The translations under genes were made by a program, and so were the position numbers. A stretch of DNA of 64,000 nucleotides from Torpedo marmorata (Eukaryota), in contig OZ360219.1 in the NCBI GenBank assembly GCA_977017645.1, positions 211,358,001 to 211,422,000 of the forward strand, written 5' to 3'. Each line of letters begins with the position of its first letter. Position 1 is the first letter of the stretch. Shown one piece after another: positions 49,839-64,000 of the stretch. Under the pieces are notes generated by a model that saw only the letters and a list, made by a program, of their open reading frames with translations, had not been told where the DNA came from and did no database searches.

Positions 49839-52775
49839 ATGGCTTTTGCATTCACTCCATGTGCCAGTCAGTGAAGCTAAAGAGAAAAGAACATTATATT
49901 GAATCGATGGAGCATATAAAATATACATTCAAAGTTGTTAAATTTATGTTTCATTTATCAAACAGGTTATTTTAAAGTATAAAAATAACATAATTCATTT
50001 GTATGGAGTACTAGTACTGAACTAGTACTGAAGAAAAAAAATCATTTTATTTTAAACTTATGCATGCAGAAATATATAAGGAGGAAAAGGTTATTTTTAA
50101 TAATTGATAAATCCTATAAAGCATTGTAGCCTACATATAACAGTAGTGAAAATAATACATTTGATAGTTGAATATGAATATTTCAGGCTAACTTAATCCT
50201 TAAACGTCTGTAAGTCCAAGTTGCCTTACAGGGTTTGTGAGATTGGAAACAAATAGTAAAATTGGTAACAAGCAGTAAATACTATTTTGATTACTGTGTA
50301 TTACATCATTTTATAAACTTAAACATTTATAGAAGAGGCTTAAAATGTATTTTAAAATGGGAAGACATAAATTGTTGTAAATGGAATAGACCTCAAAGTA
50401 AAACCACATAATAAAATTGAGACTTTTATTTTTTAAAATGAACAAAAAGGTTTTGTTTTTAGAAAACAGAGTATTTAGGCAGTGTGGGCTCATAGGCCGG
50501 AAAGGCCTGTTACTGTGCTGTATCAATAAATTAAAAAAAATAAAATAAAATATGTTAAAACATTTACTAATTTAAATTTCTCCTGGGCTGAGAAAAAGAG
50601 AATGATATTTTACTGGCAAATTATTCAGTATCTTTAAAGAAATATGGGAATGTAAATTGCATGTAGGTTGAAGTATATGTAATTTTGGATCAGATGCATG
50701 CACAGAATAATTTAATTTTACCAAAAGTGCTTTTATGGTGTTTGGTATGATAGCTTTGGTTTCAGTGTAATAACATGCATATTTCTGCAGTTTACTCAGT
50801 GAAATTGATTTTGAAAATCAAGAATCTATGAATGTGAATGGTTAACAGACCAATTTATCCTATATATAGCAAGTGAGGTAAAACATTTAATTCAGAGGTT
50901 ACTTACATGTATAATTGAATGATTGGCAGAATTGTGACTATGTTGTGCCAGATCGGAACATTGCTTTTTATGTGTCAATTATCTGGAAGACATCTCTTGA
51001 ATACAGCTTTGTTCAATGACATTTTACCAGTGCTTGTGTATCTGTTTTGTAAATATGGTAATTATTTCATGTTCGAACTAATTTGCTTTTTGAAGATTCC
51101 ATGTTCTTCTTTTAATTGTAAAACTGCAGGGTCAAATTTCAATGGAGCTCTCTGAAGTCCATCACATTGAATGGTGACAGCCCTATCCCATATTGCAGGA
51201 GTTGATTCATCAGGAGGTGTGGAATGATAACCAGGACCTTGAAAGTGCATCTTGAAGCCTCTCTATTAGATACATAACTATAACTATATGTGTGAGTGGT
51301 CCCCGAGTGTTTTCCAGTCAGAAGATAAACAAGTACTCATAGACCTTCAGCTACAATAAGACCCAAAGCTCCAGTTGTGTAATGTGTTCCACTTCCTGTT
51401 AGATTAGAAGCTTATTGGTATGGTCAAGGACTTCTTTTGAAGCTAGAGCTCCAGTGAAGGAGTTAATGCTTCATTGGATGGATATGTCTCCCAGATATGT
51501 CTCTTTAGTATTTGATAATGGCTAAACTGAAAACAAGCAGCAGAATAAAAGTGCAAGCCCTCCACACAGTTTTGTGCTCCAATGTCACCAGAAGTGCATT
51601 GGGCCTGAAAATATGTTTTTTATTTAAATCCAATTATAAATTATAAATGTGATTCAGCCATACTTAGAACTAAGAGCCCCATGTTTTACAACTAGTATCA
51701 GGCACTCACAGACTTGAATTACAGGGCATTTATCATGTCTTATTTTTAATATTCTTTATTTGAAATTATGTATAGAAATACATGATGCTTGTTCTGTTGT
51801 TACAGAAAACATAAAATTGCATTGTAATAAAGTCAGATAAAGCTGAAAAGACTCTGCACAATGGGAAGCATCTGTAGAAAAAAAAAGAGTTGAGGGTATG
51901 AAGTTGACAAAGGGGCATTTATTCTGATGTAGGTACAGTATTTGACCAGAAACATTATCTACAATTGCTGCTGACCACCTCAGTATGACCAGCCTTTTGT
52001 GATTTTATTTCAGGATTCTAGCATCCCCAGTAATTTACTTTGATTTGAAATAAAATTGTACAAATTATTTACATATTTACAGGAAAATGGAAAATAGTAT
52101 TTATATCACTAATATGTTCACAGCAAGGAATTTAATTCAATTACTGAAGCAAGTTCTGAACATACAGTATTTGAAAATGGGTGACAAAAATGATTTAGAA
52201 ATTAGACTGTGACACCAATGTCCTCCGATGGAATTCTTTTCTTTTACCCACAACAAACACATGTCCTATTATGTTGGTGGAACTGAATATCGGAATAGCT
52301 GTATGCTGGGGAAATAATGCAAAGAACACTCTGCCTGTTTACGATCTAATTCTCTTGAAATAGAAAAGGAATCTCAGGCACATGCTATGCTCAATTTAAA
52401 GCATCAAATAAAGATAATAGTATTCCATTGCCTTAATGATGTTACATCACACGGACTTTTTTGGGAATGTCCTATTCATCAAGTAGCATCATAAGCACCC
52501 AGCAGAGGCTAGGCAGCACTAACCAATTTCCTTCTCTGTGGAAAAGACAGTCCTGACCAGACTTTGTTTCCTTCGCTGGAGGAGAGACAGCTTTGTACAG
52601 TGTACAGTGTACAGGGGATAATATCACAGTTGTATGCTTGACTTTCTTGTATACCCATTGTATATATAACCTGCTTTAACTTGCACAGGGATGACATACA
52701 GTCAGTGGTACTTTGTTAGAATTATGCTTAGAATGCAGAAAATACATCTGCATTTCTAGAATCAGAAGTTTAGTA

Positions 52776-55700
52776 CAGCCATTCTCAACCTTTTTTTGGC
52801 TATGGCCCCCTTAGGACTCTACTTAAAGTTTATTGGCTGCCTTCTCTGTGAAGTAGTTAAGTACTTCTCTCCTACCAACTGCATAAAAAAAAATTGTTAC
52901 ACGAGGTGAAAAGAAAACAAGGCTTTTGCTCTGAGCGTAGTAACTGTGGCTTATATTCCAGAACAAACAGACAAATAGAAAATCATTCTTATTGAACATG
53001 TAGGAAAGAAGAAAACATGAACATACATATTACAATTTTAAAAAAAAGACTCTTAGAGCGCAATGGTTTGTACACAATGGGTCTTTGGGGAACCTGAAGC
53101 ATAAACTCGAGAATGTGAAAAGTTAATAAAAATAACTTTAAAAAATAATTCTTAGAAAATGAAAATTTTAGTGAGATCTTTGAGCTTGATGTTCCTGTGC
53201 AAGCTTTTTGATGTCAGGCTCCAAATTGTATCGTGATAGTTGAAGGTCACCTCTTGTTGTGATATCAAGTCTGTTCCTGGATTTTGTCAAGGAAACTACC
53301 TTGCTGAATCCTTGTTCAACTCAGTATGTTGAGGGATAGGCAATGAAAAATATTTTGGCCTTTTCCCATAGTTTTGGAAATCTATTCGGCAGATCACTCT
53401 TAACCCAAAACTCTTTTTTTTCAATTGATTGAATTTACGGCGTGTAATTATATCACTCTGAAGATCATTCAACCTCTCTTGAATTTCTGCGTCAACATCA
53501 GTGGGTTGTTCCTCAAATGGATCTAATATCCAATATGGGATATTGAGGTTTAACAGGTCATTAAATCTTTCCTGCAAATCTGTGTGTATTTGCTTTAGGT
53601 GTAATGTCATTGTCCTTCAGTTCATGTTCAGATTTGGAAATTGTTAAAATTCCTGACGTCTGATATTGCCCAATGGACCAAGCTTTTTAAAGAAAGAAAC
53701 AATGCATCTATAGTGACTTCAATCCAACAATAGTCACTTGGAGGCTAGGTGAGATACTTGTTTTTGACGCGATTACTTTGACTGTATTTAAACGTTCAAT
53801 GTAACGACTTTAAACCATCAATGAAACGATCAATGAAATGTGTTTAAATGTTAAATGAAACGTTCAATAAAAGATATGGCGATCTCACTCACCCTCCTCC
53901 GCCGCCATCTTTTCCTATTCCTTTTCCCGATTCGCGCATGCTCAATGCGCATATTCCACCGCGCACACTCCACCACGCACACTGCCGTCAATTCCCAACT
54001 GCGCATGTGCCCGTCGGCACTCTAGTGCATGCGCAGAGTACTAAATAGGCCTAGCATGGCCTACAAACACCGCGACTCCTCCGTAACCCGCCGAGACATC
54101 GGAGCGCCGTGACCAAGGTAAGTAATTAAGCTTATGGCTCTTACAGCTTCCTTACTATCAATGAGGTTATTGTGTTTGCTCTGTAAGGTCATGGTCAATA
54201 AACTGAGTTTGTCAAAGATAACTGCAAGATAAAATATGTCTGCCTTTGCATCAATGAGTTTTTCTCCATGTTCGTTATGAGAAAGAAAGGAAACAATCAT
54301 GTCCCAGAATGCAACAAAATGATGAAGACAATTTCCTTTGGACGGACAGCCACCTCACCTCAGTATGCAGCAGCAGCGTCTGGAAATGTTCATAATTTTC
54401 TTCACAGAACTGCCAGAATAGATGGCTTTGAAGGGAATGTGATTTTATAAAGTTTACAGTCTTTATGATCATTGAAAGCGAAGCATTTAAACATCCTCTG
54501 AAGTTTTTTAGCCACTAAGTGTTCCCGATGGATATTGCAGTGAACAGTACATACTGAAGGTATAATATTTTTCAGGTGTGTGATGAACCCTCTGTATCAT
54601 CCAACCATTAAAAGCCGCACCATCAGTTTACAGGAACTGTTCTCGTTTATGTAATTCTTAACTTCTTCAAAAATAGTCAGTCCCTCAGTATCTGTTTTAA
54701 TCTTACTGGCAAACAATATCTCTTCCATCAGCTCATTTCCATTCCAGAATCTGGCATATGGCATGGAGAAGAGTGTCGATCGCTTGTAGAATGGATTTGT
54801 CTAATTGTAAAGAGAATTTCTTGGATTGTAATGAAATAACTAATTGTTTTACAATGTCCCTCGCTGTCTCATCAATTCTTCTAGAAATGGTGGAATTAAT
54901 TACTCAAAAGAATTGCCTGAATTGTTTCTTTAGCATTTAAGTTCATGATATCAGATATTATTATGGACACTGAATGCAAGATAAGTGACTCAGCAACATT
55001 ATGAGCACTTCCACTTTTAGCAATCAATTCACTTATCTTGTATGATGCAAGAAGACCATTTTCTACTTCCTATGACAATTCAGTAATCATCTGTTTGAGC
55101 ATTGGCCTTCTCTCAAAATTATCTCGAAGGGTTTAAATAATCCAAGGGTTTATCTTTCTTCTCTTTGTGTACGGTCTCTAAATGTTGGTTCAGCTTGCTT
55201 GGCCTCATGCTTTTGTTTGAAAATGTATTCAAACAAATCAAACACATGGACAGAGAAGGGTTTTGGGGATATGAAACCGTATGATAAGTATTCCACCGAA
55301 TACTGCCGACAGTCCTTTTTTAACCGAAGGACTCATCGGTAAAATTATTTCTGAAAGTAACAAAAATGAATGATTACAAAACGAAAGCACTTCTTACAAG
55401 GGTTAGCTCAAAATTTGGGTTAAATTTTATGGAAAATAATGAACAATACATACCTTCTTCAATAAACGCTAGCAGAAGGAGATATACATTCACTATACAT
55501 CAAGAAAATTCGAAGCAAAATGAGTGCACATGCAGACGTGATAAATATGGAGCAAAACATTTCGGCCCGCAGGCTTATTTCCTGGAATTGAAGATGATAG
55601 AACAAAAGAGGAAAACTACGTCAATGTATAGCCAAAGCTGGTTCCATATTAGTGAAACAATCATGTCGAAGCAAGGAACTCTCTGAAAACATTGTTAATT

Positions 55701-55955
55701 TTCCTAATTTATCGAGGTCATTCTAGACTGTCTCCAAATGCCTCCAACCTTTAAAAAATTGCGTTGCTTGACAACTATATAGCAAAGCCTAGCAGCAAAA
55801 TCCTTTCCTTCCCCCCCCCACAATATTTAATCCGTTCCGTTTCCATGCCCCCGGATACACATTGGATCCCCCTTATTAAGGATTTCAGTCCATAGCCCCC
55901 CTTAAATGTGCTGTGCCCCCAGGGGGGGCCGTATGCTCACCGTTGAGATTGGCTG
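52776..55955 (-). mobile_element. hAT DNA transposon, Buster/Charlie type, decayed transposase
   Basis: TIRs CAGCCATTCTCAAC / GTTGAGATTGGCTG; exact 8-bp TSD GTTTAGTA with central TA; remnants of a BED finger (CLIC...H...H, ~55170-55250), LLHTEVRWLS and VEQGFS. Confidence 0.92.
53709..54145 (-). mobile_element. Solo LTR of the same BEL family, inserted in the hAT transposase
   Basis: Same termini (tatagtgacttcaatccaacaa...ctcttaca) as 19317-19888; TSD gcatc/gcttc. Confidence 0.88.
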
Positions 55956-57379
55956 GTTTAGTACACACTGTACTGTACTGTCTTAATCCATTCATTTACT
56001 ATAAGGAAGATATTCTGAATCAATTATTTATTTTGATAATGAATTATGAACAGAGGGTTGAATTAAAACCATAATAAATAATAAGTTTCAACGAAGTGGT
56101 CAACCAATCCTTTTTGTTGTTGCAAGTATAAATTGATTAACTCATAAATGTACTCCTTTTGAAACACTCAGAACATATCTATGTGCTTTCTTTGCTTCTC
56201 ATAGAAAAGCACTGACATGGAGATAAGACCTGTAAGAAATGCGTTTGCTCTAATGCCCTCTTGAATGGAGTTGATTTCCATAAATTTCATTCAGGTCAAG
56301 AGTCACATAGACAGCAGTAAAAATGAACAACAATCTGTAAGACTGCTAAGGATATGAGACAGCACACACCGGCTTCCTGCAAGGGAAGTGACATGTCTTT
56401 CATCTTTATTAAATGGGCAATATTCCTGGTGAGATGGATTGAAAATAAATCTAGAGGTTTCAGCATCTTAATACATTTACTTTGTTCCCTGCTACAATTT
56501 CTTTTGGGTTCACAAATAGCTGATTAATCTATATTACACTTATATTAATTATATTTAAAGAAATATTGAAAAATAAATTGCACAAATATAATGCAAATTC
56601 TACACTAACATGGATAGGTTGCATACTTTCCTTACATACAAAGATGTATTTAATTTAAATGATAATATTTTTGTAGTGTTTTACATAGATAAATTTGTTA
56701 TTTTAGCAATGATAAGCCAAGTTCAACATTATTTGATTGGTGGACTTTATTCTGAAAGTCAGGAGTTCATAAATTTCAGTATCTCACATATTCTGTGCAG
56801 AGTATCTCAAAATGCAGAAGTGCCTCAATGAATATTGGGCCCAAAAGATATTTCAATTTCTGTGTCCTTCTGTTGCAATACTTATAAATATGACCTTGAT
56901 GGTTAAAAATGAATTTTTTCCCCCATCTGTTACTTTCCAAAGCAATTCCTACAACATCTTGGCATTTGGCTTTATGGTATTTTTCTAGTTAGGAAGAATA
57001 ATCCCTTCAGCCACTGGCTTTGCAAATCTAATCAGCCTGTACAGAAGGACATGAAAAGCAGGAACAGGAGTAGGCCAAACCATCCCTCAAGCCTACTCTG
57101 CCATTCATTCAGGTCAAAGATGGTCTTCCTCATCCACACCACTCTCTAACTTGCTACATCCTTTAATTCCCTTAGAAGCTAAATGTTTATCACCCCAACA
57201 TTGAATTAACCCAGTGACCATGTGCCCACTCTATTTGGGAATGCCGACGAGTTTGTAAGTGAAAAAGTTCTTCCAATTTCAATCATTTGTTGTCAAAGCA
57301 TTTACTGGATTCTTAGTTTTAGACTCTAGCCAAGGAAACCCTCTTTTCATGTATACATAATGCCTACTAACGACCCCCA

Positions 57380-57900
57380 CAGTGTGTAATTCTGGCCGCC
57401 ACATTACAGGAAGAATGTGGAGGCTTTGGAAAGAGTATTGAAGAGGTTTGCCAGGATGTTTCCTGATTTAAAGGGTGTGAGTTATGGGGAGAGGTTTGGA
57501 CAAACTTGGGTTGCTTTCTCTGGAGTGTTTGAGGCTAAGGGGTGACCTGATAGAGGTTTATGAAATCATGAGAGGCATTTATAAAGTGAAGAGTCAGTGT
57601 AAAAGCATCACACACTATAGGACATGCATTTAAGGTGAGGAGAAGCAAGTTGATCAGAGATATGTGGGGCATATGTTTTACACAGAGTGGTGGGTGCCCG
57701 GAATGGGCTGCCAGGAGTACTTGTGGAAGCAGATACAGTAGTCATATTTAAGAGACTTGTAGATAGACACGTGAATATGAAGGGCATGGAGGGATATTGA
57801 TCAAGTGCAAGCAGCAGAGTTTTAGTTTGATTTGGATGTCATGTTGGCTTAGACATGTAGGCTGAAGGGCCTGTTCCTGTGCTGCACTGTTCTATGTTGT
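57380..57900 (+). mobile_element. Degraded CR1 3' fragment, inside older minus-strand CR1-like debris (~57050-58700)
   Basis: FWPPHYRKNVEALERVLKRF, RLRGDLIEVYEIM; CR1-type 3'UTR. Confidence 0.75.
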
Positions 57901-59077
57901 AAGAATTTCAATGGTTTCAATAACAAGATCCCTTGTTCCAAATCCAAGAGACCTATTCGTCTTAACATTTCCTCATGGACCAGGAATTAATCTGGTGAAC
58001 CTTTGCTGCAGCCCATTTGAGTATATCCCTCCTTAGATAAGAAGAACAAAGTTATACACAAAACTCAAGTTGGGGCTCACCAGATGATTGTAGCAGGGCT
58101 TCTATTTACTCCAACCTCCTTGCAATAAAGACTAATATTCCACTTGCCTTTTTAATTGCATTCTTCAATTACCTGTAAATGTACTGGTATTTATATGCAA
58201 AACTACCCAAATCCTCTTGAATACTAACAATAACTAGACCTTCATCTATCAAAAAAAAAATCCTGCTTTTTGACATATCGAAGTGGATAATTCTACTTTT
58301 CTTCACATTGTATCCAAACTGGCAACTTCTTTACCAACCATTTAACCAGCCTTCATTCTTTAGCAGCATCTTTCCATGAAAAGGACTGCTTATTTTTTTC
58401 TCTTTCAGCATTGTTTCATGATCAAATGAAGATATATCATATGCCCTTCCCTCAACTAAGTCTGAATATTAATCATAAATAGCTATGGCCCATACACTAA
58501 CCATTGCAGGATTCTGTTGCAACGTGACCTGCCTTGAGGAAAATTATGCCTTTGAATATATTATTACCTCTGAACCCCTTCTGCACTAATCCTGTAATTC
58601 TTAATTGTACAACAGGCTCTTGGGTAGCATCTCATAGAAAGGTTTATAAAAATCAAAATATACCATGCTAATAATGCTGCCAGTTACACTGTCAACCATA
58701 AAAGAAAATAAAGAAAAATTGCAGAGCAGGAAACCTGAAACAAAAAAACAGAGATACAAGAGACTAGATGGTGGAATCTGGAGCAAAATAAAACTACTGC
58801 GGGAGCTTATCGAGTCAGGCAGTATCTGAAGAGGCAAAGGGGTTGTCGATTTTTCAAGTCAAGATCCTGTATCAGGAGTGAGAGTGGAGAGGGAAGGTAG
58901 CCAACATAAAGAGGCAATACGGAGAGGTGAGACAAGGGCTGATAGGTGATAGGTGGAACCAGATGAGGTCGGCAATGATGGACAGATAGAGCTGGAATGG
59001 GGAATGGGAGGTGAGGGGAGTATGGAGACAGAGGCTGGTGGGGATAGCTGGAAACAGATAAGAAAAAAATGTATAGA

Positions 59078-62000
59078 AGAAAAATTGGAAAGGGAGATTG
59101 AACTTATGGAAAAAGATTTTCAAAGAAATAAAACAATTTTTAAGAGACAACGTTTAATTAGGAAAAAACTGCATTATAATATATTACAAACACGAAAAAT
59201 AGAAAAATTAATTGGTAGAACAAAACAAAGATATTATGAATTGGGAGAAAGAGCACATAAAGTTCTAGCATGGCAATTAAAAAAAGAACAAGTTTCTAAA
59301 ATTATAAATGCTATTAGAAAAAAAAGTACTGGTGAAATAACCTATAAACCTCAAGAAATAAACAATTCCTTTAGAGAATATTATCAGAATTTATACACTT
59401 CACAGATTGATCAAGATGTTACAAAAATTGATAATTTTTTATCTAAAATTACATTGCCTAAATTAAATAATTTTAATAGAGATTTGTTAGATTTACCTAT
59501 TACAATGAGAGAAGTAGTTGAAGTTTTATCGACATTGAAAAGTGGTAAATCTCCTGGTGATGATGGATTTCCGATAGAGTTTTATAAGAAGTTTAAAGAT
59601 TTACTGATACCTATATATATGGAAGTATTGACTCAAATAAAGAAAACTCATTTATTACCGAAAACATTTTTAAATGCTGTTATTACAGTTATACCAAAGA
59701 AAGATAGAGATGTATTAAAAACTGAGTCATACAGACCTATATCACTGTTGAATGTAGATTATAAATTAATGGCAAAAATTTTGACAAACAGATTAGCTAA
59801 GTATAAGGGCTAGTCAGCATGGATTCCTTAAGGGTAAGTCATGCTTGACTAACCTTCTGGAATTTTTTGAAGATGTGACAAAAAGGGTGGACTTGGGAGA
59901 GCCAGTGGATGTGGTGTATTTGGACTTCCAGAAAGCCTTTGATAAGGTACCGCACGAGAGACTAGTGGGCAAGATCAGGGAGCATGGTATTGAAGGTAAG
60001 GTGCTGACATGGATAGGAAGTTGGTTAAGAAATAGGAAACAAAGGGTTGGGGTAAGCGGGTCTTTTTCAGGATGGCAGGATGTGACGAGTGGAGTGCCGC
60101 AGGGATCGGTGTTGGGTCCTCAGTTGTTTGTCATTTATGTAAATGATTTGGATGATAGGATTATTAATAACATGAGCAAATTTGCAGATGACACTAAACT
60201 GGGTGGCGGTGTAAAGTGTGAAGAGGATGTCAGGAAAATGCAGAGGGACTTGGACAGGTTGGGGGAGTGGGCTGAAGAATGGAAGATGAAGTTCAATGTG
60301 AGCAAATGTGAGGTTATCCATTTTGGGGGCAGTAATAGGAAGGCTGAGTATTATTTAAATGGAGACAAGCTAGGGAGTGGGGAAGTGCAGATGGATCTGG
60401 GTGTACTTGTTCACCGGTCACTGAAGGCTAACATGCAGGTTCAGAAAGCTGTGAAGAAGGCAAATGGCATGTTGGCTTTCATAAAGAGGGGATTGGAGTA
60501 TAGGAGCAGAGACGCCCTTCTGCAGTTGTACAGGGCCCTGGTGAGACCCCACCTGGAGTATTGCGTCCAGTTCTGGTCTCCAAGTTTGAGGAAGGACATA
60601 CTAGCTATAGAGGGTGTGCAGCGCAGATTTACAAGGTTAGTTCCAGGGATGGCAGGGTTGACATATGCTGAAAGGTTAGAAAAACTGGACTTATATCCGA
60701 TGGAGTTTAGAAGGATGAGGGGGGACATGATTGAGGTATACAAAATTATCAAGGGGATAGACAGGGTGAAGTCAGATTACTTGTTCCCAATGATGGGAGA
60801 GACGAGGACTAGAGGGCATAGTTTAAGAATACAGGGAAGGCCCTTTAGGACGGAGTTGAGGAAAAATTTTTTTACCCAGAGAAGTGTGAATCTGTGGAAT
60901 GCTCTGCCACAGAGGGTGGTAGAGGCAGATTCGCTGATTATGTTCAAAAGAGAGTTAGATAAGACTCTAGTGGGCAGAGGAGTTAAGGGTTATGGCGAGA
61001 AGGCTGGTAAGGGGTACTGATAGTAGTGATCAGCCATGATCTGTAAAATGGCGGTGCTGGCTCGACGGGCCGAAGGGCCTACTCCAGCTCCTATTGTCTA
61101 TTGTCTATTGTCTATTGTCTATTTAATACATCCAGATCAAGCAGGATTTATTAAAAATAGATATTCGAAGGATAATATAGCAAGATTAATAAGTTTAATT
61201 AATTTGCAAAAAAGGAAACAAGATTTACCGTTGGTGATAACATTAGATGCAGAAAAAGCATTTGATAGATTAGAATGGAATTTTTTATTTAAGGTTTTAG
61301 AGAAATATGGGTTTGGAAATACTTTTATAAATTGGATTAAGACTATATATAAGGAACCTACAGCTAGAGTAATTACAAATGGTCAGATATCATCTAAATT
61401 TTCCTTGACGCGATCAACAAGACAAGGATGTCCTTTATCACCTGCTTTATTTGTATTGGCAATAGAACCGCTGGCTGAAATGATTAGGAAAGATATCAAT
61501 ATAAATGGGATTAAGGTAGGTGCAGAAGAGCATAAAATTAGTTTATTTGCAGATGATGTATTAGTATATATGACAAAATCTATTGGATCGCTTCAACAAT
61601 TAGCTAAGATACTGAGGGAGTATGGTGAGATATCTGGTTATAAAATAAATTCAGATAAGAGTGAAATAATGGCTTTATCTCAAGGAGATTATACTAAATG
61701 TAAAGAGGTTACAGGATTTAAATGGGCTAAAGAAGCAATTAAATATTTGGGAGTTAAAGTAGATACAAAATTGGAAAATTTATATAAATTAAATTATATA
61801 CCTCTATTTCAGAAAATAAAGAAAGATTTGGAAAATTGGAAAGATTTACCTATAACCCTAATGGGAAGAGTGAATTGTATTAAAATGAATATCTTTCCAA
61901 GAGTTCAATACGTTTTTCAATCTATTCCTTTTGGAATTCCTCAAAAATTTTTTAAAGATTTAAAAATCATTGTTAGAAAATTTTTATGGAAAGGAAAATT

Positions 62001-63540
62001 AGCAAGGGTAAGTATGGATAAATTAACTTGGGAATATGAGATGGGTGGATTACAACTCCCCAATTTTCAATATTATTATAAGGCAGCACAATTAAAGTTT
62101 ATTAATGAATTTTTTGATTTAACTAAATCTACTGCTTGGATTAATATAGAATTGAATAATAGAGGGGAAAGATATAAGGAAGATATTATTTATAAATGGA
62201 ATTCTAAATTATTATTAGTTAAAAAGAAAAAATCACCGATTATTAAACATTTACTGGAAATCTGGACTCAGTTAGACAATGAGATAGGACGAAAAGGGTC
62301 ATTATCTTTGAAGATGCCATTGTATCAGAATTTATTGTTACCTTTTTCTATTGATAATCAATTTTTAAAATTATGGTTTCAAAAAGGAATTAAGAAGATT
62401 AAAGATTGTTTTGAGGCTGGAAGATTTGTTACATTTTCTAGGTTGAAAGAAAAATTTGGAATAATGGATAATACGATTTTGGCTTATTATCAGGTTAGAG
62501 GATTTTTAGTTGAGAAATTGGGGTATCAATTAATAACTCCTAGACAGGATGGATTAGAATTATTAATTACTAATGGAAATGTTAACAAGTTTATATCACA
62601 AATGTATAGATTACTTCAGAGAAAGATGCTTAAGGTAGGATTGCATAAATCAAGATTAAATTGGGAATCAGATTTAAATATTAATATAGATGAAAAACAT
62701 TGGAAAGAATTATGTAAATTGAGTATGACCAAAATTATTAATGTTAGATATAGATTAGTACAATATAATTTTTTTCATCAATTATATTTAACACCTAAAA
62801 AATTAAAGAAATTTAATCCGGCACTATCAGATATGTGTTTTAGATGTAGGGATGAAATAGGTTCTTTTGTACACTGTACATGGTCATGTTTAAAAATTCA
62901 AAATTTTTGGTCTAAAGTTAAGGATTTTTTGGATAGAATTTTTAATATTACGGTTCCAATGGACCCTATGTTATTTTTATTTGGAGATATTAAAAAATTT
63001 AGTATTAGAAATAGATTGAATATGTATCAAATAGAATTTTTACGAATTGTTTTAGCGGTTTCAAAAAAATGTATCGCTATTACTTGGAAATCAGATTTAG
63101 ATTTGAGTTTAGATAGATTACATGCAGAATTACGTTCTTGTATACCATTGGAAAAAATTGCATATAATTTACGTGATAAATATCATTTCTTTTTGAAAAT
63201 TTGGAGCCCATATATGAGAATTATGGGTATGAATTAATTCTCTAGAAGTTGGTACCGCTGGCAAAAATAACCTCCAATATATAAATAGAATTAGCTTGTA
63301 ATTTGTTTTCTCCTCACTTTAACTCTTTAATTCTTTATTATTCAACTCTTTTCTTTTCTTTATAACTAACATTCTTTTTTTTTTCTTCTTTTAGAATAGT
63401 GCTGGGGGGGTTGGGGAGGGAATGGTGGGAGGGGGGAGGTAATATATCACATGTATTTTAAATGATATACTATTTTTGATTCATGTATTTTGTGATTTTA
63501 AAATTTAAATAAAATTATTAAAAAAAAATAAAAAAAAAAT
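59078..63540 (+). mobile_element. Young 5'-truncated L1 interrupted by a CR1
   Basis: TSD aaaaaaatgtataga at 59063-59077 and 63541-63555; ORF2 open on both sides of the CR1 (KSPGDDG, YRPISLLN; DQAGF, LDAEKAFD, RQGCPLSP, FADD); AATAAA and A-rich tail. Confidence 0.93.
59805..61120 (+). mobile_element. Young 5'-truncated CR1 LINE with intact RT C-terminus (ORF 59845-61020)
   Basis: SQHGF, YLDFQKAFDKV, SGVPQGSVLGP, FADDTK, RPHLEYCVQFW; 3' end is (CTATTGT)x4. Confidence 0.93.
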
Positions 63541-64000
63541 AAAAAAATGTATAGATGGAGCCAGGCAGGAGGAGGGAGGGGAAAGGGAGAGACAGAAGGT
63601 AATAAGTGAAATCAGAGATAGCAGAGATGATAGGCAGATGGAACCACCTTGGGAAGGGGATAAGAAAGATAGGTGAAGGGAGATGAAACCTGGGTGGATA
63701 GGTGTGTGGGCGATTGGCAGATAGAACCAGGTGGAGGAAGGGAATTAATCTAATGGGGGGAATTAATCTAATGGAAGGGAATTAATCTAATAACATTATA
63801 GATAATTTCCCCCCTCCCCCAACTTTACAGATAAAGCCTCTGACCAGGGAAACTCTTACTAAGCAGGGATAAGGAGACACTTTAAGAGAGTCAGCCCAAC
63901 GGCAAGTGGCATCAATCAGGTCTTCATCCTGGGTGATGCTGTTGCTGTTTCACACAACTTTATTCAAACAGCTGCTACGAACAAAGCGCGACCAAGGCAC

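Noticed and set aside
53170-55330. Possible domesticated ZBED5/ZBED8/SCAND3-like gene
   Set aside because: Many stops and frameshifts, an LTR insertion, and intact TIRs/TSD show it is a dead hAT copy.
58953-59813. 286-aa ORF
   Set aside because: Flanking repeat sequence read through the TSD into a 5'-truncated L1 ORF2.
61036-63237. 733-aa ORF with a novel N-terminus (MICKMAV...IVYCLLSIVY)
   Set aside because: The N-terminus is CR1 3'UTR and tail read through into the interrupted L1 ORF2.
63742-63792. Three copies of ggaattaatctaat with short spacers
   Set aside because: Simple ~19-bp tandem duplication in a vertebrate repeat; not a CRISPR array.

Overview
Vertebrate genomic DNA, most likely a cartilaginous fish (inferred from V-SINE/HE1-like, CR1 and AT-rich L1 repeats). 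The only host gene I can support is the second (last) coding exon of melatonin receptor 1A (MTNR1A, +, 48970-49838). Exon 1 was not found, so positions 1-48969 are probably one very large intron packed with nested transposons, almost all antisense to the gene. Most insertions can be delimited by target-site duplications (TSDs). They include a four-level nest (old L1 > full-length L1 > younger L1 > Gmr1-like Gypsy), a BEL/Pao LTR element (19317-33060) containing three L1s and a second Gypsy, and a 5'-inverted L1 holding a third Gypsy. Downstream of the gene lie a Buster/Charlie hAT transposon and a young L1 interrupted by a young CR1. Most notable: (1) the BEL element has lost RT, RNase H and the integrase core and instead carries, in frame, segments resembling the host gene MIPOL1, plus an N-terminal SLTM/SAFB-like SAP domain, i.e. 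apparent host-gene capture; (2) two young Gypsy elements with essentially identical LTRs have clean in-frame RT deletions; (3) the third Gypsy has no tRNA primer site but a 13-bp leader/LTR complementarity suggesting self-priming. Homology calls are from memory and need database confirmation.
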